64,000 nt of DNA from Octopus bimaculoides (Eukaryota): NCBI RefSeq assembly GCF_001194135.2, contig NC_068990.1, positions 61,946,046 to 62,010,045 of the forward strand, in the 5' to 3' direction. Position 1 is the stretch's first letter; each line of letters starts with the position of its first letter. This document shows positions 1 to 13,554 of this stretch, in pieces. The notes beneath the pieces are model-generated. The model had not been told where the DNA came from and searched no databases. It saw only the letters and a program-made list of their open reading frames with translations. Both the position numbers and the translations under genes were made by a program.

Positions 1-287
1 GAGACGCATCTTTACCTCCACTGATTCACTTGCAAAGTGTTGAGTAAAATTACTTCGATGCAGACCTCCTTTGGGTCTTTTTATTATCACTACGACACAC
101 ATAGTCCCCAGTTGGTAACATTGATTTCAAAGCCCTCCTAGATGAGAGACTGGCACTCCACTTAATGTCTATGTTCCATGCTGGCATGGATTGGAGAGTT
201 ATTAATGTAGAAATATGGTATCGTAGCTACTAACAGTTGAGGGTTGCATAGTCTAGACGGCGTTTTTAGATTTCATTATTCTCTTTA

Positions 288-317
288 ACCCGGGCAAAGC
301 CGGGTATTTCTGCTAGT
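288..317 (+). mobile_element. Helitron-like 3' terminus
   Basis: GC hairpin ACCCGG-GCAAAG-CCGGGT (288-305), then 7 nt, then CTAG (313-316) followed by T. This is the known Helitron 3'-end arrangement. No 5' end identified. Confidence 0.55.
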
Positions 318-411
318 ATATATATGTGTGTGTGTGTGTGTGTGTACACATACATATATACATACATGTATGTTCATGCACATGCACACACATACATACA
401 TACATACATGA

Positions 412-561
412 TTCCACACAGATACTGTCTATCAAATTCACTCACAAATCATTAACTGGCCAGGGGTTATTGTAGAAGACACTTGTTAAAGGTGCTGTGT
501 AACAGGATTGAACCAAAACCATGTGATTGCAAAACATGCTTCTTTACCACAGGGTCATGCC
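412..561 (-). mobile_element. SINE family A, 5' head fragment
   Basis: Reverse complement matches the tRNA-like head and CORE-like segment of the full copies at 14631 and 60481. Confidence 0.7.
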
Positions 562-989
562 TTTTCTCTTCACTGTCCTGCTGCATCCCATTTGTGGCTC
601 TAAATATTCCAGCCATCCATTGCTAAGACAGGTACATTTTCAATTCCAGAAGGATGTGAAAAGCAAAGTTGGCCTGTATGTGGTTTGATCTCAGAACATA
701 GACAGACAGATTAAATACAAGGTAGTTCATCTGGTGTTCTTACTATTCTGTAAAGTCAGCTGGTTGCTCTTGTTGTGATCTACCCCACAAGTTGGTCTTA
801 AATGAACAGGTTTATTACCAAAGCTATTCCAAACACACAATTTTTTAAAGGTATATATATATATATATCTACTCTTGACTATCATTTTGAAAAAAGAAAG
901 AGTAGTTCGTTGACTAATGTAAAGTACGATGTGAAGGAGGTAAGGCTGCTATTTCTAGCAGGATGAGTAACAACACAGAATCTCCGAGC

Positions 990-1408
990 AGTGGCCACAG
1001 CTGTACCATGCAAGGCGGACTAGGTCACAAAGTAACAGTTGCTGTTGCTTTGTATTTATGATCGTTCATGTGCATCCCAGCACAATGTTTAAGGGCTAAT
1101 TAAGCTATTGAAACTGCAGCTAGTTCTGTGGCACACGGGCAGTTTTTTTCTTTTTTTTTTTCCGATGTGCCAGAGTCCGTAATATTTCTTAGTAATATTA
1201 ATTTATACCGGAAATATATATATGATAAATATAATAAAAGTTGACAATTTCTTTCATCTTATATTATTTTGTAAACAAATACAATATTACATAAGTATTT
1301 ATAAGCATTTTATAATGTTTCTTTCTTTTCTGGAAACTCACCCCGTACTGGCAGCTGATGGCTCGCGGACTGGCACCAGTCCGCAGACCACCACTTTGAG
1401 TAGCACTG
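990..1408 (-). mobile_element. hAT (Charlie-type) DNA transposon end fragment
   Basis: Reverse complement begins CAGTGCTACTCAAAGTGGTGGTCTGCGGACTGGTGCCAGTCCGCG, which resembles hAT-Charlie termini. The flank GTCTAGGC resembles the TCTAG-centred hAT target. Inner boundary is approximate. Confidence 0.6.
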
Positions 1409-2543
1409 GTCTAGGCTGTTACATACATGAGTTCAGGGGTGATGTTTCATATATTGGTGTGTTAGTACAGCAACAAACTGTGATCCTTGCATGTCCTGGT
1501 TCAGGTAACTATAGCTCTCTCATTCTCTCTCTCTATATATATATATTTAAATTTTCTGGTGACTAGTCAACAGAAATCAATACTTCACTTTCATAGTACT
1601 TGCTAATACTCTCACAGCCTTGGTAAATTTATTCATATCAAACTCAACATTACATGTACCTCGCACAACATCTGCTACATACCAAAGAACTGTTAAATTT
1701 TGAACTAAACTTTAGTAGACACCTTTATATATAATTCAACTTATTGTTCATTGTGTCTTCCACCAATATGATTGAAATATTTTCTATAAGAGAAGTCACA
1801 TATTCCAATATTTGTCGCTTATGTTGGTCATTTGTACACTGAAGTAAAACACAAGGATTTGAGAAAATTAGTTGATGTCTGGTTTAGCAAAAATCTTTTT
1901 AATAAGGTTAGAAAAACAGATAATACTAGAGCTACTGGAAGAGAGTTTTAATCTTGTTATAGGCATGGTTCTTTTTCTGTCACCAAAAAATTTTGAATTT
2001 TCTTCTCATTGCAAGTTGATGTTATGAGATTTCTGAAACTGTATTTGCATTCTTAGATTTACCATGAGAAAAGAAAAGGTAAGGAAAAAAAAACAAACGC
2101 AAAACAAAACCCAAAGAAAGAAAAAAAAGCCATAGAGATTCTATAGGTGACTAAGATATGATTTGTCAGACTAGATGTATATAATTAAGAGAAACGATTT
2201 AGATAGGAGATTTAGGCAAGAAACACAACAGCTTAGTATTTAAATGAAGCTTTACATATTCAATAAAAAAACAAAAAAAAAGAATGTAAATGTATGTATA
2301 CAGACAGGGTAAGGATCACCATCATGATCATCATTGTGATCATCATCATCATTATATAATTCAACAGCTGTTCTTCTATGCCTGATTGCATTCAATGGGT
2401 CATATCAAAACACACCTGTTGCCATGTTGCATGTACAAAACTGACATAGTAAATATAGAGAAAGACACCATTTGAAACAGGCAAGGAAATCATTGTTTTT
2501 TCTGAGTGAATTTTATAATAATATTAATAATAATGACAATGAC

Positions 2544-2909
2544 TTCAACTTTTGGCACAAGGCCAGCAATTTCTGGGGAGGAGGTAAATCGATTATATTG
2601 ATCCCAGTGTTCAACTGGTACCTATTCTATTGATTCTGAAAGGATGAAAGGCAAAGTCAACATCAAAAGAAACTGAACTTAGAACATTAAGACAGATAAA
2701 ATGCAGGTTAAGCATTTTGCCCATGTGCTAACGATTCTGCCAGCTCACTGCCTTAATAATGATAATAATGATTTCCAATTTTGGCACAAGGCCAGCAATT
2801 TCAAGGGAGTGGTTAAGTCAATTACATCAACCCCAGTGCTCAACTAGTACTTATTTTATTGACCCTGAAATGATGAAGGACCTCGGCAAAATTTGAACAC
2901 AGAATGTAC
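2544..2909 (-). mobile_element. SINE family B, two adjacent copies (2544-2754 near full length, 2772-2909 partial)
   Basis: Both match the family B pattern: GGCAGTGAGCTGGCAGAATCGTTAGCAC head, GAGTTCAAATTC B-box, GACTTTGCCTTTCATCCTTT central domain, GCTGGCCTTGTGCCAAAA tail. Confidence 0.8.
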
Positions 2910-4039
2910 ATATATATGTATCATCATCATCGTTTAACATCTGTCTTCCATGCTGGCGTGTGTTAAGCGGTTTTACAGAAGCTGGCAAGCCAAAGGAACT
3001 GCACTAAGCTCCAAAGCAGATAGTGGAATGGAGCCTAATGTCTATGCTACACACACAGTTGTCAGCTATTCAAACAAAATTCACATTTTGATATTGAGGA
3101 AATAATGAAAAAAAAAAAACACATTCACTGACATTGTAGAAGCTTGCCAGGCTGTAGAAGAAGGGTGCTTGTCAAAAAGGGTATCAAACTTTAAGAAAAC
3201 AGCCACAACCCATGCTAGCAGGAAAAAAAGGCAGCAAACCTAAAAATTATGGTGATGAGGCTGATGACAATGATGCCATGTATGTGTGTGCATGTGTGTG
3301 TGTGTGTTAGTACAAAGAAGGGAAAGGGAAAGAATACACTCAACATGGGTGCTAGAGTGCCTTCATTCTGTCAAAGTTAGCTAATGAATCATATCAGCAC
3401 TTGCTTGTGTTCATTAGATAATTTCTTCTCTTCCTGAACAGATGTACACAAGGGAGACATTGAGTAGTGATGGGAGTCGTCAAACAGATGTACATGCATG
3501 TGTGTTTACACACACACACACACACACACAAATATTTGTTCACCTTATTGCCATATGGGAAACATTACTGATGCATTTGGGCAGGCACAATTAAGTTAAA
3601 AAACAAACCCATTCCCAGGAGGAAGAGCCATGACTGGAACAAGACTGTCTAGTATCAGTGAGTCTGTGCGTAGCTGTCTTTGCACTTGTCACATGTAAGC
3701 ATGTTAATTGTTGTTGGTGTTATTCCTTCAATTTGGAGGGATGTTCATTTCCATTATCTTAGCAGATAACACTAATCAATCTAAACAGTGTGTGTGTAAA
3801 TATATATAAATATAAAAATGGAACAAAAACGCAATAGAGGGCATTAATATGGTCGGACAAATAGATGGCACAAAAGCAGACAAGAGAAACAACAATTAGA
3901 TGTAGGACAGGCCAAAAAAGACAGGTCATTCTTGGCTTTCTTTCATCAGTCAAGTGCCAGAAGTCACGACCATTTCGGACAGTTACACTTGAGATGGTTC
4001 GATCTGGCATTAGACCCCTTTGTAATAAATATATATATA

Positions 4040-4193
4040 CACTCTCAGAGTGGTTGGCGTTAGGAAGGGCATCCAGCTGTAGAAACTCTGCCAAATCAGA
4101 TTGGAGCTTGGTGTAGCCATCTGGTTTCACTAGTCCTCAGTCAAATCGTCCAACCCATGCTAGCATGGAAAGCGGACGTTAAACGATAATGAT
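4040..4193 (+). mobile_element. RTE-LINE 3' UTR end, 5'-truncated
   Basis: CACTCTCAGAGTGGTTGGCGTTAGGAAGGGCATCCAGCTG...CCAACCCATGCTAGCATGGAAAGCGGACGTTAAACGAT. The same sequence follows RTE ORF2 at 47381-47706 and 49653-50272. Confidence 0.8.
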
Positions 4194-4255
4194 ATGTATA
4201 TATATATATATATACACACACACACATATGCATACATGTAAACATACATTTTTAC

Positions 4256-4344
4256 CATCATCATCATTTAATATATGCTTTCCCTGCTGGTATGGGTTGG
4301 ACGGTTTGACAGAAGCTGGCAAGCCACAGGACTACATCAAGCTC
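4256..4344 (-). mobile_element. RTE-LINE 3' UTR end, inverted relative to the 4040-4193 copy
   Basis: (CAT)n followed by TTTAAT...CCCTGCTGGTATGGGTTGGACGGTTTGAC. Confidence 0.75.
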
Positions 4345-4410
4345 TACTAAATGGATGACACCGCTTGTATGACAGTGACACTCATTTACGACTATCAAGC
4401 AATATGAAAG

Positions 4411-4590
4411 CACAGACACATATAGATATATATAAACATGATGGGATTCACCAGAGTTTCCATCCACAAACTCTACTCACTAGGCTCTGGTCAGTCTGGG
4501 GCTACAACAGAAGATACATGCGTAAGGTGCCACACAGTAGGACCGAACCAGAGGTCATGTGGTTCAGAAGCAACCTTCTTAACCACATAG
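4411..4590 (-). mobile_element. SINE family A head fragment
   Basis: Reverse complement matches the family A head and CORE-like region. Confidence 0.7.
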
Positions 4591-5250
4591 CCAATATATA
4601 CATATATGCATATATACATACATAAACATGCATACACACTTTTGTTTATGTGTGTGTGTATATTCATATACACAAATATTATACACACACACACACAAAT
4701 ACTTACGTGTGAGTGCATACCTATATATATGTGTATACACACACACACACACACACACACGTTTATATGTATGTATCTATGATGTATGTAGGGACAGATA
4801 GAAAGACAAGATATGAAAGAATGAAAGACATGACATGGTGGCGTGACTGAGGTTCACAATTATGTAGGCTACTGTGTCCATTATATAGGGAATATAACTA
4901 AAATTATATGTTTTGTTTCTTTTATTCTTCTAACAACACAATCTAAATTTATAAATTAATATTTATTCTACTGTGGCAGCCACACTAGAGTAAAGGAAAA
5001 GCTTTCCCCTCACAGCACCCCAATCAGGTTTTTTAATTCCCGGTTTCAGGCATTAGGTTTCACACGTTTCCCTTATGACCCAGAGAAGTGCAATATGAAT
5101 GTCTCAAATGTAGTCTGACTTTGCCTCACATGTTATGTGTCTATGCAAAATGTCAATATGGATTTCATTAGCTATACTGTTGTTATCATTTGCTCTATCA
5201 CCACTCTTGAAAACTTACTGAAAGCTCTATGACACACAAATACACATGCA

Positions 5251-5303
<53 letters not shown>

Positions 5304-5326
5304 ATTTATGCAAGCGTGTGTTTGGT

Positions 5327-5650
5327 GAAGACGCATAGCTTAGTGGTTATGGGTATTTGGCTCATGATTGTAAGGTCATGAGTTCAATTCCCAGCGATGT
5401 GTTGTGTCCTTGAGCAAGACACTTTATTTCATGTTGCTCCAGTACACTCAGCTGGCAAAAATGAATAGTACCTGTATTTCAAAGAGCCGGTTTTGTCATA
5501 TTCTGTGTCATGCTGAATCTTCCCGAAAACTACATTAAAGATACACGTGTCTATGGCGTGCTCAGCCACTTGCATATTAATTTCACGAGCAGGCTGTTCC
5601 GTTGTTTGGATCAACCGGAACCCCTACTTGTCATATTTGACGGAATGCCA
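5327..5650 (+). mobile_element. SINE family C (tRNA-headed), near full length
   Basis: A-box-like TAGCTTAGTGG, B-box GAGTTCAATTCC, GTGTCCTTGAGCAAGACACTTTATTTCA core. The 3' part is shared with 5916-6205 and 46550-46843. Confidence 0.85.
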
Positions 5651-5915
5651 GAAGTGATTTTGTGCTTATGACTCATTGTTTTGAAACTGCTCAATAGTTT
5701 TAAATGAGCATCATTATCATGCAAACGTTGTTGCTCATTTTCAATCTGCTATGCAAACATGTCTGAACATAGGGAAATATTACACTGTTTGCGAGCATGT
5801 GAGGGTTAGCAACAGGAAAGGCATCTTTCTACAGAAAATGTACCACAACAAATTCTGTCTAACTAATGCAAAAATGGAAAAGTAGACATTAAAATTAAGA
5901 TCGATTAAAATCATA

Positions 5916-6205
5916 TGGCAGAGTGTTGAGGGTATTCGGCTCACAACTGTAAGGTCGTGATTTCAATTCCTGGTGGTGTGTTATGACACTTCATTTCACG
6001 TTGCTCCAGTTCACTCAGCTGGCAAAAATGAGTTGTACCTGTACTTTGAAAGGGCCAGCTTTGTCACATTTGGTGTCATGTTGAATCTCCCTGAGGACTA
6101 CATTAAGGGTACACGTCTGTGGAGTGCTCAGCCACTTGAACATTAATTTCATGAGCAGGCTGTTCCTCTGATTGAATCAACTGGAATACTTGTCATCATA
6201 ACCTA
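5916..6205 (+). mobile_element. SINE family C
   Basis: Aligns along its length with 5327-5650. Confidence 0.8.
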
Positions 6206-6219
6206 CAGAGACCCAGGCC

Positions 6220-6264
<45 letters not shown>

Positions 6265-8557
6265 TGTATATACATTCACACACACATATATGCACACACA
6301 TATACATACATGCACATACATACATGCACTTACATACCATATGCACTCACACACATAGGTATATCTTTGAACACATATTATATACATATGTCCTATCTAT
6401 ATGCAATCAAATATAGGTTCAGGTGTGGCTGCTTGATTAACAAACTCAATACATCATTTTATGCACAGTCCTACTGCATTGCACTCATGAGGAGTGTCTT
6501 CTACTACAGACCTGGGCCAACCAAAATCTTGTGAGTAGATATGGTTGATGGAAATTGAAAGAAGCCTGTCGTATGTGTATGTATGAGTGTGCATGTGTGT
6601 GTGTGTCTGTTTTACACAGAAGCTATACATATATATATATATATACACACACATGGATATATATATACACATACACACACATGTATACAGAGATATATCT
6701 ATTTATCTGTGTGCATGTTTACATATACATACAAAATGCATATTTAACCTTGCACACAAACGCATTAGCTATTAGTTAATTGAAACTATTAGCCTTATTT
6801 CTTAGCAGTCACATGAACCTAACTCATCAGAAAAGTGAAATCAATCTTTAATATCTGCTGAATGTAGCATTTTTTGGGAACAAACAAACAAAAATTCTTG
6901 CCAGCATTACTGCAACAGAAACTCAAGCACAGAGCAATGGCTATAAGAGATGAAAAACTGACAGATTTGCTGTTGAAGAGTAGTTACAATTTCTGCTATC
7001 ATAATTTTTGTTGTCAATTAATTCCAGGTCAACTCTACACAGGTAGAACTATGATAAACGTCATTCCAGCCGTAACTTTTCCATCTTTAAAATCTTTAAA
7101 GACAACATAGTCTAGTGCAGTTTAACCAGTTTTTTTTTTTTTTTTTTTAAGGCAGCAAAGTATAATCTGAAGGAAACTTGGTATCTATTTCTTGCAAATT
7201 AGGCAACCACATAAATGCTCCTGTTATACATTAGAATACTGCTCACTTTGCCACAATCTGCTCTTGCTAAAAAAGAAAATTTTTAAAAAATCATGCTTCA
7301 CTCCTAGTTTACAACTGGTTTGAAATATGATGACTATTCATCCATAACTGATCTATTCCCCAAGATTTATACAAGTAGATGCCCTGCAAAAAGACCATAG
7401 CATGGGAAATCACATGTAGAAATGTAAATATTTATGAGCCTTTAGATGGCATTTTTCAAAGTTGAATTCATACGGAACTGATGAAATACAATGGAATTAG
7501 AAAATGGATAAAGTTGCTTGGGGGGTGGTGAAGAAAATAGATGTATGTTAATTTAATGAAGCAAATGATCAGTTTTGTATGCAAGACAAACATTATATTA
7601 ATTATTGAACAATATCTCAGGTGAAAGAGTCGGGGCTAGACCAATAATACAGAAAATATTAAGCAGAGCAAAATCAAATACAACCAAACCAAAGAATTGA
7701 TGTCTGGGTGGTCTGTGATAGGAGAGGGATAATAGAAGGGAGGGAGGAAACCAAACTTAAACCAGAGTAAAGAGGAGATGTTTAAAAGGACATCTAGTCT
7801 ACAGTGAACGAGGAATTATCAAAAATTATATGTTATAATATTCCTGTTGTTAAGGGAAATCATCTTGCCACAATTACAATGAACATCACAGTGAAATGCC
7901 AAGGTAAACTGGAAAGTAAGTAGGACATGAAGAAAATGGAAAGGAGAAGAAAGAGACTAAGAGGGAAGCTAAAAGGTGCAGTGAGAAAGGAAATAGAGCA
8001 AATGAGATTCCTTAATGGGTTAAGGAAAGAGGAAGAAGGCTGTCAAGTATTTAGAACATCAAAGCAGAACGAACAAAGATGTCACAAGAGTAAAGTGTGT
8101 TTAAGTGTCAGTGTGTAAGTGTGTGGGGGCACACGTGCATGCGCATTGATGCACAGACAGTGCTGTTCGGTAAATATAAAGTAAAAAGTGTAAAACAAGG
8201 AATATGAATGCTGTAGAGTAAAAGTGAATCTGGGAAGGAATATAGTACATTTCAAAGCGAATGAAATATGAAAGCAGTCCTTCTTAATGCTTACAGTCTT
8301 AAGCAGACTAAGAACAACAACAATAAAACATTTCATAGAGCATGTCCTATAAAAGGAACCACTACCACATAGGACAAATCAGCTGTCGTAAATACATAAA
8401 TAAAGAAAAGAACAAGAAATATAGGAGAAAATAAATGGCCAGGGCAGGGAAGATGGAAATGGATAAAATGTTGAAGGTGAGAGCAATGAATTTAAGTTAG
8501 CACATACATAACAGAACTGAATTAAAAAAAAAAAAAAAGGAATCTTAGTGGTGGGTT

Positions 8558-8995
8558 AAGGTGGTAAGCTGGCAGAATCATTAGCACACCAGGCAAAATG
8601 CTTGGTGGAATTTTGTCCATCTCTTTATGTTCTGAGTTCAAATTCTACTGTGGTCGACTCTACCTTTCGTCCTTTTGAAGTCGATAAAGTAAGTACCAAT
8701 CAATGTAATCAACTCACGACCACCTCGAAATTGCTGGCCTTGTGCCAAAAATTTGAAGCAATTATTACTTCTAAATGTGGCAAGCTGACAGAATCATTAG
8801 CACACTTGATAGGCAAAATGCTTAGTGGCATTTTATCTGTTATGTTCTGAGTTCAAATTCTGCTGGGGTCGACTTTTCCTTTCATCCTTTTGAGGTCGAT
8901 AACATAAGTACCAGTTGAGCCACCAGGGTTGATGAAATCAATCAACTAGCTCTCTCCCCCAAAGTGCAGGCCTTGTGTCAAAATTTGAAGCCAAT
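8558..8995 (+). mobile_element. SINE family B head-to-tail dimer (8558-8760, 8776-8995)
   Basis: Two consecutive copies, each with head, GAGTTCAAATTC B-box, central domain and CCTTGTGYCAAAATTTGAAGC tail. Confidence 0.85.
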
Positions 8996-9499
8996 ATGAA
9001 TGTTATTTAATGCTGTAGTTAATATTAGAAATGATAGAATATCAAACATACATGTTATATTGCATTCTTCTGAGTTATCAGTTTCTATCACACTCTCTTC
9101 TCTCCAGGGTCAAGAAAGAATCAGAACAATCAACAATACCTTTCCTCTAAAATCTCCAACCTGACCTGAACTGGTCTGGTTCAAAATTCAAATTCTAATT
9201 CTAATTCTAATTAAAATTATGATTATTATTTTTGACATGTATTATAAGTGGAGAATAACTGGAATCAGTTCAAATCCCTTGAAAGTGGACTTCGTTTTTC
9301 ATCTGTCTAGGGGTTAATACAATTAAATGACAGTTAAGTACAGGAGTTATGTTAATTAATTAGTATGTCCCACCAAAATTTCTGGCTTTGTACCTGTATT
9401 AGAAATAAACCATCTGAATTAGTTGAGAAGGGATTTTTCCTGTTCTTTTGCTAGCAAGTTACTTAGCAACAACTTCATTAGTGCCCATGCCCCCCCCCC

Positions 9500-9875
9500 C
9501 AAAAAAAAAATTAGCACCCAGTGCACACAGTTTGCCAGATTCTGGAGTTTGCCAGATTCTGTCAAACTGTCCAACCCATGCCAGCATGGAAAATATGTTA
9601 AACGATGATGATGATTTCTAATTTACTACAGACAAATGGTCTGAAAAACAATGGTGTGGGTGCTGGTGCCACATAAAAACCAGTGGTGCTGGTGCCACAT
9701 AAAAAGTACCCAGTGCACTCTGTAAAGTTGTTGGTATTAGGAAGGGCATCCAACTATAGAAACCAAGTCAAAACAGACTGCGGAACCTGGTGCAGCCCCT
9801 AGCTTTGCAAATTTTGATCAAGCTGTCCAACCAAAGACAGCATGGTAAATGAATGTTAAATGTTGATGATGATTG
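9500..9875 (+). mobile_element. Two RTE-LINE 3' UTR fragments
   Basis: Tails ending TTAAACGATGATGATGAT (about 9615) and TTAAATGTTGATGATGAT (about 9872). The second has repeated GGTGCTGGTGCCACATAAAAA units. Confidence 0.7.
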
Positions 9876-11624
9876 ATCATGAATTTCACTGATGACTGAG
9901 AAGAGTGGGAGAAAAAGAAAAGAGGGGAAGATTTCATAGTGACAGAGTTCAAGCTTTTCCCAATGATATCAGCAGCAAAGGGGAGAGCAATAGAATAGTG
10001 TAAGAACACTGACTTAACATACCAAGAGGTCAATGTCACTTGAAAGTTATTGCTGTGTGTGATATTCAATAATATATTGAAAGTACCCTGATCTTAAATG
10101 ATTTGGTCACTAATTGAAATACTCACAAATCGAAGAATCTGTAAGGTTTAGCAAGTTGCTGCCAAATAAAGGAAATTGTGGAGAGATATAATCAAAAGAA
10201 CTCATCATGCCAAAGTGAGAAACTTTATACAGTCACTTGATCTGCGAAAAAATAGCAATCACATCTTCCTCAAATTACATGCTTCCATCTCAGAAAAGCA
10301 GGGTTGACCAATTCTGCAAGATCTTGTATGTTTGATTATCGGTCTGCTTAATCAAAACTAACTCAAAACAAACATATCATTAAGATAAAAAAAAAGTGAC
10401 TGAAGAAGTTGGTTTTTCTTGAAGCTAACCTTAGAAATTAGAGTCCCGATTAAAACTACCCGTTTAACATTGCAGTGTCTTCGGAGATCAAGGACATCAA
10501 CATGCAGTTATGAGGATACATAATTAGCGAGCAAAATGCATTATTTGAAAATGATGTCATTGCTACATGCTAAGTATAGATGTTATAAGTAAACAGAAAT
10601 GCTAAATATTTTCTTCAAATTTAAAAACCTTTCAGAATCTCATTACAGCAGAAAGTCATTTGAATGTATGAACGAATAAGTCATTCCTTTATAGCATTTC
10701 ATGAACTTGAATAAGGGCAAAATACAAAAAACTTATGAAAAATAATGAAGGCAAACCTGAGAGTGTTTACTTAGATTTGATATGAGAAGAGAAAATTTAA
10801 ACTCAAAGAAGCAATCTAGATAGAATGAACATTATAGTGAGTTGTAATCTTTCTTCCTAGTCTTTTAGTGGAAATATAAAAGCATTAAGAAAGGAGACTT
10901 GATGTAAAATAAGATTTGATCCATACTTATTAACACTAAGCTCCTTTAAAAATTCTTGAAATATTCAATATATATATATATTAATCTTCACAACCCTAAT
11001 TTCTATGTGCAGTTAGACAACGTTCAATGTGAATAAAAGAGACAGCATAGAAAGACTAGACACTGTAAAGTATTGATTAGTTGATAATGGAACAATAACA
11101 CATGTGAAAATCTACTGCAACAGCTCTCGGCAAATAATAATCAGACTTCAGTGGCAGAAAGTAATTCATTGTAGTCACTAACAGACTTGCCTTGAGACAA
11201 TTCAGCTGATCCGAGACCAAATTATTTACAAGGATTAATCTTTTTACAAGTGTATGCAACCATTTCATAGCAATTTCTAAATATAGAAATGGATTTTTTT
11301 TTCCTTCGTTTGTTTGTTCCCTTTATTTGTATTTTTCTGGAGCATTTTTTTTTTAACATTAGTTATTGTCTCTGAAATCTTGAAGCTGAAAACTATGTCA
11401 GATGTTCTCAAACACTGGAATTGACACAGATTTGTTAATTACTTTCCATCAGAATTTAAACACGAGATGTGACTACCACTAAATGAATCTTTAATGAAAT
11501 TCATTATAATGGTAAAATATTAGAACAAGTATCCCAATGGCAATCCCTAAGAAAATTAAATATCAAGGTGCTTAGGAAATGCCTCCAAGAAGAATAGGCA
11601 TCCAACTAAATCAGAAAATGTTGT

Positions 11625-11815
11625 ATTGTTAAAAATCCTGCTGTAACACAAGATTCCATAACACAGAACATATCTCCCATTGATTTTTATGGCCATTGAT
11701 TTCCATTTAACAGGAGAATCTATGGGGGAAAAAAAGAGGTTTCACATTATGGAATTCCGTATTATGGCAAGATTTTCTAGAACACAACTTTTCCATAACA
11801 CAGGAACTGTATGTA
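11625..11815. mobile_element. Decayed pogo/Tigger-like MITE
   Basis: Repeated TTCCATAACACAG motifs with the inverted counterpart TTATGGAA, an internal CCCATTGATTTT motif and an end reading ACTGTA. Confidence 0.4.
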
Positions 11816-12111
11816 AAATTATGGATGAATACAAGCAAAGGAAAAACGTAAATTGTGTGAAGAAAAAGTGTCCCGATACAATAACATTTAAAACGTGGAA
11901 TGGAGTGAATCCCTTTTGTCCAGAGAATTATGAAAGTGAATGTCCAGGAGTGATGAGGTAAAACCATTGTCTCAGTCTTTCAGTAATCAGAACTAGAGTT
12001 TGAATGCAGTGGTAAATTGCACCAAAACTAGTATGGGATTCAATGACAGTGCTGGATTCTTTCTAACAGACTAACAAATTTCGATACATATTTTCAGATG
12101 AACTGGGAGAA

Positions 12112-12545
12112 CTGTCAGTACACTGAGGAAAATGCTTAGCAGCATTTTGTCCATCTTTATGTTCTGAATTCAAATTCTGCCAAGGTCAGTTTTGCCTTTC
12201 ATTCTTTTGAGGTTGATAAAAATAAGTACCAGTTGAGAAGAGAACTGAAGTCGATGTAACTGACCTACCCTCTCCTTTGAAATTGCTGGCCTTGTGCCAA
12301 AATTTGAAACCAATATCATAAATAGCGTTAAGGCAGTGAGTTGGCAGAATCATTAACACATAGAGCAGAATGCTTAACGACATATTGTTTGTCTTTATGT
12401 TCTGAATTCCACCGAGGTCAACTTAGCCTTTCATCTTTTTGAGGTCAATAAAAATAAATAGCAGTTGATAAAACTGGGGTCAATGTAACTGACTCACCCA
12501 CTCCTCTGAAATTGATGGCTTTATGCTAAAATTCGAAACCAATAT
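12112..12545 (+). mobile_element. SINE family B head-to-tail dimer (12112-12315, 12329-12545)
   Basis: Two consecutive family B copies. Confidence 0.85.
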
Positions 12546-13415
12546 ATATTGTCAGTAACTAGGTAGACATAAATACTAAACGAGTTAAGTGTCTTTGTGG
12601 CAAAAGTTTCTGCAGATGAAGGAATATGAGCCACTACTCTGTCGCCTGATCGCGCTTTCTCCACTTGGCCATCTGCACTCTCAAAACATGTAAATAAATA
12701 GCGTCAAAAGGTGTCAACAAAATTTCCCCCTCTCCTTCTCAACTAACCAACAGACTTGAATCACATTGTTGGCTATGAAAATTGACCTAAATTCCAGAAT
12801 GTCTCTTAGCCAGGTTTGGAATGTCAGAACACAACAGAGAAAGAAATATAAGCACTGCAAAATGCAGTCAGCTGAAGCTTTAAAAAGAACAATAGAATAA
12901 AAAGGGGAAAATATACAGAAGAGAAAAGCTTTGTCCTCATTTCGAACATTCAAATCATAAAGCCATAAAAGGTTAATAGAATTGATATTTGAAATTAAAA
13001 AGAGAAAGGAAAAAAAAAAAAAAAAAAAAAAAAAAATAGGAGAGAGTGAGAGAAGAAAAAAAAAAAGAAACAGAAAAACGTTTTTACAGGTTTTGAAGTT
13101 CGAGAAAGAAGCGATGTGTGTTATTAGAGACAAGCATATCAAATTGAAAAATGATTGGCAATGGCAAATAGGTGTGTAAAAAAATGTAGTGGCACAGGCT
13201 TGTTTGTTTGAATTGAAACATCCAATAAAGGATCAAAGGAAAGTTAAGAATCGATGTACGATTGTATTGGAGTTAGAAATCATCCTGTTTCTATTTTGTC
13301 TGATCGATATATCACAATTGCATCCAATGTAAAGAAGAATAGGTCACAGACAAACATGTATCAAAAGAATAAATGAAATATTCAGTAGGGAAGCCCTCCA
13401 ACAATGGTTAAATAA

Positions 13416-13499
13416 ATGTATACATACTTTTTGCATATGCAAACACATCTAATTGATATGTATACACAAACACATACACACACAAAGATAGACTTGTAC

Positions 13500-13554
<55 letters not shown>

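Noticed and set aside
990-1140. Enhancer-like block with TAATTA and a 12-bp hairpin (1027-1053)
   Set aside because: It is contiguous with the hAT terminus at 1408 and is more simply the interior of that transposon.
3430-3495. 12-bp direct repeat AACAGATGTACA around a short frame MYTRETLSSDGSRQTD
   Set aside because: Too short, the donor is weak, and nothing else supports it.
5327-5400. tRNA genes at A-box/B-box motifs
   Set aside because: Each continues directly into a multicopy SINE body, and no acceptor stem is evident. These are SINE heads.
12714-13142. 142-aa hydrophobic ORF resembling a membrane protein
   Set aside because: The F/L richness comes from the poly(T)-rich minus strand, and no family motif is present.
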